Below are positions 26,807 to 39,824 of a DNA stretch of 64,000 nt, in pieces. Source of the stretch: Octopus sinensis (taxonomy: Eukaryota); contig NC_042998.1 of the NCBI RefSeq assembly GCF_006345805.1, forward strand, positions 151,404,001-151,468,000, written 5' to 3'. The notes under the pieces were generated by a model. That model was not told the origin of the DNA and made no database searches. It saw only the letters and a program-made list of their open reading frames with translations. The first letter of the stretch is position 1, and each line of letters begins with the position of its first letter. The translations under genes were made by a program, and so were the position numbers.

Positions 26807-28006
26807 CACAACGTTAATAATATTCGCAACAACAATATGACATAATGTCAAAATTAGCTACACCGCCACCACCACAACTTTCCAAACACCATCATGCAAA
26901 TAACTACAACGGCAGCAACAACACTAATACAAACACACAACACTAACACGGATGTTAGAGGACTTTAACCCTTGTACTAACAATACTTGCGATAACGGTA
27001 ACAACAACAGCAACATCATTAAGAACGAGAGAGAGAGAGTCCGAGAGAGACCGAGGGAGAAAGATAGACAGACAGAGGAGGAGGAAGGGATAGAGAAAGA
27101 GACAGAGTGAGAGGGAAGGAGGGTGAGATAGAGAGGGAGAGAGAGGCAGAGCGAGGCAGAGAGGAAGAGAGGGGGAGAAGAGAGAGTGGGAGAGGAGGAA
27201 GAGAGAGAGAGCCTGGCCGCCCTACTTGCAAGAAAGAGTAACCTAATCTTCCTTATATTACATCTTAGCGTCTGAATAAAGGACTCCTTGGTAAACGTGG
27301 AATACCTTTGGTTATGGGTCTGTTCAAACATAGTTCATCTGAGGTTAAATAACGACAGCAACAATGACGGCAATGACAGCAATAACAACAACAACGAAAA
27401 TGATGATGACACCAGCAGTAAAACTGACGATAGCTACGACCATCAATCAGCACCACCGTGACCACCACCACCACCACCAACAATACTGTCCTCATCACCA
27501 CCACTGTTTTCACTTCCAACGCCAAGGTCATAAATCACCACCACCACCATCACCACTGTTACCTCTAATGCCACCACCATCAGCATCAACATCACCACCA
27601 CAAACACCACTATCGTCCTCTCCGCGAACAGCACCAAATTTCTCCACGGCCATCACTAACTCCATCTACACGTCCTTCATCATCAACATCACCACAACCT
27701 CCATCACCTTCTTTACAAAAACCACTGGCAGCAGCAGAATCACCACTGCCACTACCGCCACCACCACAACAACCACCTGCTGCACCAGCACCACCATGCC
27801 AACAATAACCACCGCTCCCAATACCGCAGCCAAAACAATTGTCATAAAGAATATTATGACGGTCACCATCATGAGAAACACCATCACCACCAACACCACA
27901 ATATCCCTCTCACACATATCCTCCCGGTCTTCCTTATTGCTGCTATATTTATTATTTTGTTGTGTTGAAAGGAAATTTCAAATGTCAAAGAGAGAGAGAG
28001 AGAGAG

Positions 28007-28041
<35 letters not shown>

Positions 28042-28100
28042 AAGAGACGGAGAGCACATCATATACATACACACACACATACATATACACATAATATAAG

Positions 28101-28153
<53 letters not shown>

Positions 28154-28187
28154 TATATATATATATATATACAGACATACATATATA

Positions 28188-28348
28188 CGACGGGCTTCTT
28201 TCAGTTTCCGTCTACCAAATCCACTCACAAGGCTTTGGTTGGCCCGAGGCTATAGTAGAAGACACTCGCCCAAGATGCCACGCAGTGGGACTGAACCCGG
28301 AACCATGTGGTTGGTAAGCAAGCTACTTACCACACACCCACTCCTGCG

Positions 28349-28351
<3 letters not shown>
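28188..28351 (-). mobile_element. SINE family A, 5' half
   Basis: Near-identical to 6543-6708. Confidence 0.92.
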
Positions 28352-28411
<60 letters not shown>

Positions 28412-28573
28412 GTAAAATATGAAAAATCAACGAAAATGCACATTGTAAATAAACAAAAGGCTATTTATGACAGGTAACGACAAATATATACATTTAGATT
28501 GACTGAGGTAGTAATACGAGTCATAAAAGTCAACTGATTTGATCTGAGATCGTGTGCTGAAACGAAAACAATT

Positions 28574-28749
28574 GCAGCGTGGAAGGTGTTTGTAAGCCAT
28601 TTAAGAAACACACAAAAGCCGTTCGATTCACTTCAACATTTAAGTTTAATTTGTCAAAATATTTTCGTCGCTTTAAGGCCGCAACCTGTTCACTGACAAA
28701 AATCCGTGCTGCATCTTCTTAAATGGCTTACAAACACCTTCCACGCTGC
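28574..28749. repeat. Perfect 34-bp inverted repeat enclosing an atypical HHR-like fold
   Basis: GCAGCGTGGAAGGTGTTTGTAAGCCATTTAAGAA at 28574-28607; exact reverse complement at 28716-28749. Confidence 0.9.
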
Positions 28750-29182
28750 GAAGAAAAGACTATTGTCTATAAAGTATACAATGTAGAGAAAATAAAGATT
28801 TGAACACCTGGAGGAAAGCACCATCGAAAGCAAGGTTCGAGTCAACGGAGCGTGCAAGGGAGTACTCGACTCGAATCTTGCAAAGTGGAAATATTTTATT
28901 TTTACCTTTATATCTGGGACGTAGGACGTCCCGGATAAAAATTAAATATGTCCCCCCAGAAGTAGAGGTAGGCTGGATTGTAGCCACACTTCTATACAAG
29001 AGGGAGGACAAGATACAATTGATCGAAATTGCAAGAGACGGGCCTACAATTCCAGTCTGTTATATATTTTGAGTATTGTTATCACTAGCGATATCAAGAT
29101 ATAACTTTGTATTTTATGTGTAGGTGTATATATATAGATGTACATGTAATATGTACACATATATATACACATATATACATGC

Positions 29183-29223
29183 ACTAGCACTATGACCCGA
29201 CAACGACGGGTCATAATGCTAGT
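29183..29223. repeat. 17-bp-arm hairpin ending CTAGT (Helitron/Helentron-like terminus)
   Basis: ACTAGCACTATGACCCG acaacga CGGGTCATAATGCTAGT, one mismatch. Confidence 0.7.
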
Positions 29224-29224
29224 T

Positions 29225-30175
29225 ATATATAATGATAGAGATTACTTCTATGAACTAAAGGTGTGCTTTTGCCAATGTTTACATCGGTATACACGCTTTT
29301 GTTTGGAAGTAATGCCAACAATCGCGGAGCATTGAATGAACCCATTTGAACATGAAGCGTGTACGACTGATAAAATACAGTTGGGAAGCACTTAAAAGTT
29401 CCATCACCTGCCCAGTGTTTTACATTCACTAAATTATAAACACAAGTAATCTCTCTACATTAGTTTCACCACTATCAAACAGCAAGAAAAGTTCGCCTCT
29501 ATCCAGGAACTTGTATTCATCAGGTATCTCATAAGCAAATCGACTCTGAGGGATTGGAGGGGCACTTACTTTTGTTAGACGCCAGTTCCTTATATTGTGA
29601 CTTACACACGAAGAGGAGGGCATGGGAGCCATTTCATTTTCACCAAGCTTTTCACAAGCAGTCGCAATTAAGGAACAAGATGATTCCTGAGAAGCAGCTG
29701 CTTGTGCCTTTAGGTCCGCTAAAGTTTTGCGAACTTTGGGTTTTGAAGCACACGAACTATGATGATATTCACCAATGTGTTTAATTATGGCATAATCTTC
29801 ATTGTGTATCATAGTGTGAACTCGAGCTTTACAAGACTTAATTTCTCATTTCTAGTAAGTCTGAGATACATCGGCATTTGGGTTCTGTGCTTCATATATG
29901 TTACACGGCTCACAGTGAACTGCTTATCAATCAACTCCTGATAACTCGACAGTTCTTTATTTATAGCAAATGTGACAGTCCGCTTTTAATCATATGGTGT
30001 TGTTTGAAATACTTCCACGACTGTAGCGAATGAGACAGGAATGGATCACGGGTAAACCTGTAAACTCATTAAGTAAAACACCTGAATGGATGACTGAAAA
30101 GATACTCACAGTTAGCTAAACCGCTCTATAAATAAACATCCGAGTAGGTGACTGAAATGATACTTTCAGTTAACT
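29225..30175 (-). mobile_element. FLYWCH-MULE transposase remnant
   Basis: CKARVHT..GEYHHS; FLLFDSG...RLLVF; HWAGDGTFKCFPTVFYQSYTLH...LLPNKS; repeated GACTGAAA-N-GATACT subrepeats at about 30090-30170 resemble a MULE terminus. Confidence 0.82.
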
Positions 30176-30226
30176 GAATGACCCTGTAAATCATCATCAT
30201 CATCATCATCATCAACAACAACAACC

Positions 30227-30273
<47 letters not shown>

Positions 30274-30339
30274 CTACATACTTAGATAGGTTTCGGCTAC
30301 ATTGGCCCAGGCCATAGCTAACTTAATAGCGCCACTTGG

Positions 30340-30740
30340 AAAAGACATTTAGTAATGTATTTTTGTATAGTTATTTTTAGGCACCATTGCCCATTCGATT
30401 AAAGAGTTGTTTGTTGTTTGAAGCAGTATATCCGGGTGTAGATGGTTTATCTGGAATTTGTTGGAGATATTCATCCAGGAACATTTTGAAGGTTATGAAA
30501 TCTTTTGCCTCCTTTATATGTTTTGGAATGATGTTAAAAAGAACAGGTCCAGTTGAGGAGATGTAGTTCTGTCTTAGTGTTGTGATGTGCTGAGAGCATG
30601 ATTTCTGTAGAGGACGTATGGCACGGGGACCAAGCCTTGGGTGGATTTTAAAAGTGATACCGATATCATTTGGGCAATACTGTCGGAACAATTTCAACAT
30701 CGTACAAATAATAATTATGAATTTCAACCTTTTTTTTTTT
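30340..30740 (-). mobile_element. CR1-group LINE 3' fragment
   Basis: C-terminal GPVLFNIIP..IK..FK..LD..L..IPDKP...GY, same motif as at 43754-44143. Confidence 0.75.
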
Positions 30741-30778
30741 TTGTTTTTATATTAGGAGTGAAATTACCTAGAACATAT

Positions 30779-30810
<32 letters not shown>

Positions 30811-30818
30811 ATATATAT

Positions 30819-30887
<69 letters not shown>

Positions 30888-30978
30888 TAATCCAACCGGG
30901 AAAACAGAAAAAACAACAACACGTGGAACAATTACAGTATTATTATTATTAGGCGCTCAGGAAAATGGAAGAAGGAGG

Positions 30979-31013
30979 GTATGACGTTTCGAGCGGAGCT
31001 CTTCGTCGGAAAC
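30979..31013 (-). ncRNA. Minimal hammerhead, U4C variant
   Basis: GTTT-CCGACGA-A-GAGC tcc GCTC-GAAAC-GTC-ATAC. Confidence 0.7.
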
Positions 31014-34000
31014 ATAGGAGAAAGAGAGATCCCGAGACGGGAGGACAGAGGAAAAAAAATTGCAGGTAGTCTTCACGAGGTCACATACTGAAAAGACGGA
31101 AGTGGTAAAAAAGGAGGAAAATGTTTTTTAAAAACAGGAGAGCTGAATCAAAGAGGGAATGGTAAAAAAGGTGTGCGAGAAAACGAGTGTGTGTGTGTGA
31201 GTGTGTGCGTGTGTGTGTATGTGTGTGTATGGTGGACAGTGGCTAGTAGCAGGCAGTAGTAGAATTAAAGGAGTGTGTGGGGGTACCCTAGCAAGTCAGA
31301 AAGGCAGATCAGAAACAGGGAGGTATGTGTGTGTGCGTGTGTGTGTGTGTGTATGTATGTGTGTGTGTGTGTGCGTGTGCGTGTGTGTATGTGTGTGTGA
31401 GGCGAGATAAAAAAAACAAAAAATATGTATATGTTAGTGCGTGCAGGGCGAACGGATGACGTAGCAAGTCTCGAGTGAGTGGTCAGTGGTAAAAAAAGGG
31501 AGGAAGGAGGGAAGAAGGGAAGGAGGGAAAGGGTGGGGGCGTATGTAACGTGCCAGTGTGTGTGTAGAGTGGTAGTGTGTCCAGTGTGCGTAGTTGTGTG
31601 TATGGCAAGTAAATTTGAAGTGTGTGTAAGTGTAATGTATATATATAAGCAAATGTGTGTGTGTGAGTGGGTGTGTGTATGTGTGTGCGTGTGTGTACAA
31701 AGAGGGGGGGTTAAGGAAAAAACTGCAGCGGAGGGGGGGGGAGGGGAAGATGGAAGAGTGGTCCCGCGGCGACAGGCGTGGGAGAACCCAAAGACACGCG
31801 CCGGCCCCAGATACGTACGGGAGAACTAGTCAGTCAACCACGAGCGTGGTGCATGCATGCGTGTATGCGTGCGCGAACGTGCACAAGCGTGTATGTGCGC
31901 GCGCCTGCGAGTGTGTGTGTAAGTATGTATGTGTGTGGATGTGTGAGTGTGTCTGTGTGTAAGTCTGGGTGTCAGTGTGTCCGATGAATGTATGTAAGTA
32001 TGTGTGTGTATGTGTGTATATAGATGTATGTCCGTGTGTGTGTGCGTATGTATGTACATGTGTATGTGTGTGTGTGTATGTATGTACGTGTGTGTGTGGA
32101 AGTGTGTGTAGGTGCATGTGTATGCGCGTACATGCAGGTGTGTGAGTGAGTGTGTGTGTGTGTGTGTATGTATATGTGAGTGTGTATGTCTGTGTGTGTA
32201 GGATGCATGTATGTGTATGGGTGTATGTATGTGTGTGTGTGTATGTATGTGTACGTGTGTGTGTGTGTATGCATGTATGCATGTATGCGTATGCATGTGC
32301 GTATGTGTGTGTGTGTGTGTGTGCATGTGTGTAGGTATATATGTATGTGCGTATATGTGTGTGTATGTGCGTACATGTGTGTGTGTGTATGCATATGTGT
32401 GTATGTAGGTGTGTAGCCGTGTGTGTATAGGTGTATGTATGTAAGTATGTATGGGTGTGTCCGTGTGTGTGTGCGTATGCATGTGTGTGTATGTAGGTGT
32501 GTGGGCGTGTGTGTATAGGTGTATGTATGTATGTATGTATGTGTGTGTGTGTATGTTGGTGCGTATGTATGTACATGTGTATGTGTGTGTGTGCATGTGT
32601 GTAAGTATATGTGTGTGTGCGTGTGTGTATGTGTGTGCGTGTGTATGCGTGTGTGTGTGTATGTTGGTGCGTATGTATGTGTGTGGGAGTGTAGGTGTGT
32701 GTGTGCGTGTATGTGTGCGTGTGCGTGATGTGTTGGTGTGTGTGTATGTGAGTGTGAGTGTATGGGTGTTAGTCATGCATGTGTGTGCGCGTGCAGGCGA
32801 GTGTGTGTGTAAGTATGTGTGTGTGTATGTATGTGTGAGTGTGTATGTGTGTATGTCTGTATGTATGTATGTGCGTATAGGAATATGTAAGTATGTGTGT
32901 GTGTATGTGTGTGAGTGTATGTATGTATGTATGTGTGTGTGTGCATGTGTGTAAGTATATGTGTGTGTGCGTATGTATGTACATGTGTATGTGTGTGTGT
33001 TTATGTATGTGTGTATGTATGTGTGTAGGCGTGTGTGTATAGGTGTATGTATGTATGGGTGTGTGTCTGTGAGTGTTTGTGTGTGTGTGTAGGTATGTGT
33101 GTATGTATGAGTGAAGGTATGGCAGTGTAGGTGTGTGTGTGTGTGTATGTGTGCGTGTGCGTGTGTATGTGTGTGTGTGTGTATGCGTGTGAGTGTGAGT
33201 GTATGGGTGTATGTCTGTGTGTGTGTATGTCTGAAGTAGGTATGTGTGTGTATGTATGTATGTGTGTGTGTGTGCGGGTATGTGTGTGTGTGTGTGTGTG
33301 TATGTGTGTGTGTAAGTATGTGTGTGAGTAGGTGTGCGTGTACGTATGTGGGTAGGGATGCATGCGTGTGTGTGGGTATGTATGCATACATACGCACGCA
33401 CACACCCGAAGCACGCCCACACACACGAAGCACGCTCACACACACAACACACAAACAATACAACGCAAGCCCATGGGGCCGACCAACCCCCAGCACGCGC
33501 CAAGGCGTGCGCGCGCGGGGGCCCCCGAACAACACGCTCCACGGGAACCGAGGATCCATCAACCAAAACCAGAAAGCAGAAAAGAGGGGGGGTTTGCCTG
33601 GGTGCAAATAGGTGTATGTGTGTGTGCATTCGTGTAAAGGTGTGCATGTGTGGGTATGTGTGTATGTATGTGCGTGTGCGTACATGTATGTGTGCATGTG
33701 TGTGTATATATATATATACCGCGGGAGCACTTTTCCATCTTTCCCTCAGTTGCAGTTTGTTTCCTTAATAACCCCCCTTTTGTACACACACGCACACACA
33801 TACATACACCCACTCCCACGCACTCACACACACACATTTGCATATATATATACATTACACTTACACACACTTCAAATTTACTTGCCATACATACAACTAC
33901 GCACACTGGACACACACACACTACTACTCAACACACACACTGGCACGTTACATACGCCCCCACCTATTCCCTCCTTCCTCATTTTACCACTGACCACTCA

Positions 34001-34325
34001 CTTGCTACTGCTATGTCAACTACCTTTCGCCCTACGTACACACACTTACATACAGACGCACGCACTAACATATACATATATTTTTTTCTTATCTCGCCTC
34101 ACACACACATACACACACGCACACGTACACACTCACACATACATACACATTATCTTTCCTATTCATCGAGTTGTTACCAACCTTCCTTTCTCCGCTCTTT
34201 TGTCTTTAAAAACTAGCCCCCGTTATCCAAAACTACCGGCCTTTCAGCATGTTTATTTCGTAAAAACCAGTCGCGTTTTTTTTCCCTCCGTTCGCCCACC
34301 TCGGGATCTTTCTTCCTTCTCTTAT

Positions 34326-34360
34326 GTTTCCGACGAAGAGCTCCGCTCGAAACGTCATAC
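34326..34360 (+). ncRNA. Minimal hammerhead, U4C variant
   Basis: Identical to 30979-31013. Confidence 0.7.
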
Positions 34361-34468
34361 CCTCCTTCTTCCCTCTTTCCTGAGCGCCTAATAATAATAC
34401 TTTAATTGTTCCACGTGTTGTTTTTTCTGTTTTCCCGTTTGGATTAACCTTATATATATATATATATA

Positions 34469-34566
<98 letters not shown>

Positions 34567-34899
34567 GTAGCATGTATGTATATGTATGTATGTATGTATG
34601 TATGTATATGTATGCATGTATGTATGTATGTATGTACATACGTACGTACGTATGTATGTACTTATATACACACATATGTGTTTGTGTGTGTGTGCGTGTA
34701 TCTATGTATGTGTGTCTTTGTGTTTGCTCACCACATCACCTGAGAACAGGTGTTAGTTCATTTAGTGCCATGGCAAAAGGGATGGATAATTGTACCAGGC
34801 TATAAAAAATTAAACACGCGGGTTCATTTGTGAATTTCGCACTTCAAAACAATGTCCCAACATATACATGCGTCCAAGCATATACACACATACACACAT

Positions 34900-36400
34900 A
34901 CACACATACATGTACAAGATTTTTGTTGGATTAATCCAGGTTACAAACTTCTTTCGTAGGTATAGTAGTTGAAAACTGAAGAACATTTAGGATAATTTCA
35001 GTAGTTTTCAATGTTTTACCATTAAAAAAATATTGATTTCAGATGTCTTAGTGGTTTGTAGGTTTTGTGTTTTCAGGAAGAGACTAACTCCGAATTCCAG
35101 CTCAGTATTTGATTTCTAAATATGAGAATGTGATAAGTTTGATTGATACTAAGTCGGCAAGGGTTTTTTGACATGGTGGTGCATGTGCCAATATTTTCCA
35201 GTTAATGCTAAATGGTGTATTTCTTTTATTTTAGTGTCCATCTTTGTTTGGATAATGAAGTGTCATTTGCCCTGACTGAGTTGAATGGTGTACTCAACTG
35301 GCTTAATGTAGACTCTACATAAGTTGGTATTTTGACGGTGTAGTGTTCATGGTTATAGTTACGTAATGAATTATGTTATATGTAAAGCAATTTCCTTTTA
35401 GAGGGCAAGATGAGGACTTTCTGAAATTGCAATTGTTGCTGCGATATGTATGGCTTTGGGTTTCCCCTTTAGAAAGTTTTAGGTGGTTGTAATTGGATAC
35501 AGGTTTTTCGAAGTTGTTAGTTGTGGAGTATGATATTTTTATGTTGTTTTTGTTTATTAGTTTGTGATACTTGTGGTTGAAGTGGAAGTATTTGGGAGTA
35601 TTTTAAAAAGTATTTTGATTATCTATGTGGAGACTTGTATATAGTTTTTTGGTGTTTTTTTTCTTGTGGCTGATTGTGTATTGTACTTTTTTTACTGTTA
35701 CTCAGGGCTTCGTTATATCGAGTTATTATTTCAGTTAATATGTTTTCGTTGGAAGATAAAAAAGAAAGTCTTAGCGATACGTTACGTGTAAGCTTTTAAT
35801 TGTACTTTGGGATGGCTGAATTGCCAATGTAAAGGTTATAAATACTGGCTTCTAAGTCTCGAGTAATATTGAGAAAGGTAATTGGTTTAAATGTGTTTCT
35901 AGTGGAAACACATCTAATAGATAATGTCTACGGTTTTAAAGAGGTGGTGTAGTTCTTTCCTTAATTTATCTGGAATTCCTGTGGTTTGTAGTTTCTTGGG
36001 AGTAGACCGTCGTCTCTATAGAGACCACCTGAGACGAAAGGAAATTTGCTGTGTAAGTTGGCTAATATGTAAAGGCCGACGATGTCGCTTACCTCTGCTG
36101 AGTCCTTTGATCCCATACTAACGTCGTATTGTTCTTTAGAGCTTTTCTTAACCAGAAAGCACTGTTGTGGAAAAGAAAAGATTTCTATTTCAGTGTCGGT
36201 TATTGTGTTTAGTATTTTTGCAAAGCTCAAATAATTATAAGTATTGGTTTTCTTATTGATGCGTAATAGTCTTTTAATATTAAACTGAAAGAAATAGCAT
36301 TTATTTTTGTTTCAGATCGTCTTAAACCAATGTTTTACTTTGTATGTGTTACCCCAAAGAGGTAGCGTCGAGTGTGTTTATTCTTGGTGAGAATTTGTCA
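34900..36400 (-). mobile_element. Decayed Penelope/Poseidon-type PLE
   Basis: YDVSMGSKDSAEVSDIVGLYIL...GLYRDDGL (35961-36230); Cys motif C.PLKGNC near 35400; many stops. Confidence 0.82.
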
Positions 36401-38406
36401 ATGATTTTTTTCCGCAAATGATGCATGAGAGAGATTGTGTATTGCGAAGGATTCGGAGCAATTGATACAGTCTCAGGAATTAGTACATTAAAAAATCTAA
36501 CATGAGTCTGGGGACTCTGCTGTAGAGCCAGTAATACCAGAAGGAATTCTAATTCCGCAGTAACTTCACTACCAAGGTTATAAACACAGGAACAAGTTTA
36601 CTAAGGAGTACCATTACTAGCTGCTCAGAGAACGGTATACTGAGTAATAGCTCAAGGAGAGGCATCAAGATTGGGAGTACAGAGTGAGTTACTCTAACTG
36701 GAAGCACAGAGTGAGGTACCCTGTCTAGAGTCACAAAGAGAGGTACCCTGACTAGGAGCAAAGAGAGGTACTCCGTGCATAATATCATAAAAGCAAATAA
36801 ATCTCTACCGGTTCCGATGTATCAAGTTGTTCGGTCAACTGAAGTTCAGATGCAATTAACCTGTAAGCGGTTGAGTATTCCTCAGCTAGATGAAATCTTA
36901 ACATAATCCGGACGAAGAATCAAAATGGTACAACGTATGATGTGATTGTTTCTTTGGGTCACGGATAAAGTCCATCCAGTAGTCTTCTGCATAGTTTCTT
37001 CGATTTCATTCACAAAACTCAAGTCAACTTGATGTTGTAGCAAAAAACACTCTCCTGAAATGTGTTACGTATTCGGAGCGAACTTGAGACCTCATTCTGC
37101 TTGCTTTTCATTATGAAGACACCATATATATATACAAAAATTCATGTACACGTACAGGCTATACATATTTACATGCAAACACACATGCCTGTACACATAC
37201 ATTCAAACGCACGCATACACGTCTATACAGATATGCACACAAATGCACACACATACACACAAATAAATATATATATACATAAATGCATACATATACATAC
37301 ACGTTTGAATACATCCATTCACACACATATACATACATATGTACGCCATTATTCAGATATCTATTCACATATAACTATATACACAAATATACATACATAT
37401 ATACACACCTGCACATATTCATATATATGCATTTTTACATACCTACAAACATTCGCACTTACATATGTGCATATCTACACACACATACACATATACTTGT
37501 TCACATTCATCTATAAACACAATCATATATATACATCTGCATACATCCGTACAAGTTCTCATATATACATACATAGATACACATTTATACATATATACGC
37601 ATATACTAATTCTCAAACATCTATCCGCGCATGCATATACATATATACACATCTATCCACATATATACATGCATACCAATTCATATACATCTATATACAC
37701 AAGAATATACATACATCAACATGAAATTTCACGGAGATGTGTAAATTCCAATGAAGAAATCGTTCCTTAGTTAGAGAGCGGCTCCCTTCTTCAAGTAATT
37801 TCACTATTGAAAAACAAAAGCAAAACGAATAACCTAAAACTCCACTTACCAATTTTCCAAATCACATTTTTCCTGTCATTTTTTCCCCATTCGATATTTT
37901 TATTTATTTGTTTATTTAAGTTCTGTCTTGGTTAAATGGGTGAAGAATTTTTTGTTCCGTTTCTATATATTTTCTATATTTTGATTTCCTTTCGTCTATT
38001 GGTTCGTCGTTTTACCTTTTTTGTATTATTTTTATTATTCCTTCAAAAGAAATCATTCAGATTTTTTCGTTATTATTTTTTTCTTCATCTTTCATTGCAG
38101 AATAGAAATAGAGAATAAGAGGAAGGATTAAAGAGAAGGAAGACTGAAGTGGGGAATAAGAGAGAGAGAGAGGGAGGGACGTAAAGAGTGAGAGATAGAT
38201 ATAGATATAATAGAAGAAATGAAGAAGTTTAGGGCAACCGTCCATCCATCCATCCATCCATACATACAAACGTATGTACACACATATATACATACATATA
38301 CTTAAACGCACACAGATACACGCACATACACACATGTATACATATTTGAACAAAATGTGTGTGCTTACATAAATATATATATACATAGATAGATAGATAG
38401 ATAGAT

Positions 38407-38494
<88 letters not shown>

Positions 38495-38574
38495 GTATAT
38501 ACATGTGTATATATATATATATATGTATGTATGTATATACATGTGTATATATATATATATATATAATATATATA

Positions 38575-38613
<39 letters not shown>

Positions 38614-39132
38614 CATATATGTATGGGTGAAACAGAAATATTTTAATATATGTATATATACATACATACACACACACACACATACATACATACATACATA
38701 CATACATACATACATACATACATACATACATAAACATATATGTACGTAAAAATGTATACACACATACCATATACATAAAGAAAGAAAAATAGAAACTAGG
38801 AAGTGAGGAATAATAGGAGGAGACAAATAGAAAAGGAAGGTTACCCTGATATTGTCGTCCATTTTCTAAACTGTTTTGTCGAACATCCTTCCCACCATTT
38901 CGTTCAATTTCCTTTCTTATCTTCTGTCCGACTCCATGTCTCTTTCTTCATAGATTGCAGCTCCACTCTTACTATTAAACACACACACACACACATACAC
39001 AAAAGTACATATATGCATACATATACCTACATATACATATACATACATACATATATATGCACATCAATGCACGCACATCAACGTACATAAATACCTGCAT
39101 ACATGCATATATATACATACATATAGACACAC

Positions 39133-39205
<73 letters not shown>

Positions 39206-39242
39206 AGTGTGTGTGTATGTGTGTATATGATGTATGTATGTG

Positions 39243-39296
<54 letters not shown>

Positions 39297-39639
39297 GTGT
39301 GTGCGTGCGTTTACATATATCCTTTCTTTCTTTTTTTTTTCCTTTCTTTATTTCTTTCCTTCTTTCCTTCGATCATATTCTCTAGCCTGTATTACCTTTT
39401 TTATTTGTATATATATCCCTTCTGTGTCTATCTGCATGTCTGTCGTTCTCTCTCTCTCAATCTCTATTTCTTTCTCTTTCTCTGTCTCTCTGTTTTTCTC
39501 ACTCTCTTTTTGTACATACAAACACTTATTCACACAAATATATATGCTCATCCTAGAATATGTGTGCCTGCAATTATAAACTACATAAATATTCGTGCAC
39601 ACGGGCACACACACACTCACAAACAAACTCACACACACA

Positions 39640-39704
<65 letters not shown>

Positions 39705-39735
39705 AACTCACACACACACACACATACAAACTCAC

Positions 39736-39824
39736 ACACAGAACAGTTGTGGTAACGTTGACGTTATCGGCGGAAACCTTAGAGAGATCTAAGTTATCAC
39801 GTAAAATCTGGTAAGGTGGGCCAT
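39736..39824 (-). CDS. Candidate 89-bp internal exon, product unknown
   Basis: Acceptor ...CTATAATTTCCAAAG|AT, donor TGT|GTGAGT; one open frame xGPPYQILRDNLDLSKVSADNVNVTTTVLC; no homology recognised. Confidence 0.3.

Larger units (their letters stand above)
30880..34450. mobile_element. 3.6-kb fold-back: PLE-type HHR-bearing arms around a (TG)/(TATG) core
   Basis: About 30880-31770 is the reverse complement of about 33715-34450; both outer ends read GGATTAACCTTA into (TA)n; HHRs at 30979-31013(-) and 34326-34360(+). Confidence 0.88.

Noticed and set aside
27364-28317. 317-aa Thr/His/Pro-rich ORF
   Set aside because: Runs through trinucleotide repeats, (GA)n, (TA)n and into a SINE.
28800-29072. 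90-aa ORF with IKYVPPEVEVGWIVATL, reminiscent of a LINE ORF1
   Set aside because: Single weak motif; cannot be supported.
31826-33730. 634-aa and other long His/Thr/Tyr or Val/Cys ORFs
   Set aside because: Translations of (CA)/(TG)/(TATG) repeats, which lack stops in some frames.
36800-37110. Faint transposase-like peptide (DLILLAFHY)
   Set aside because: Multiple stops and too little motif evidence.
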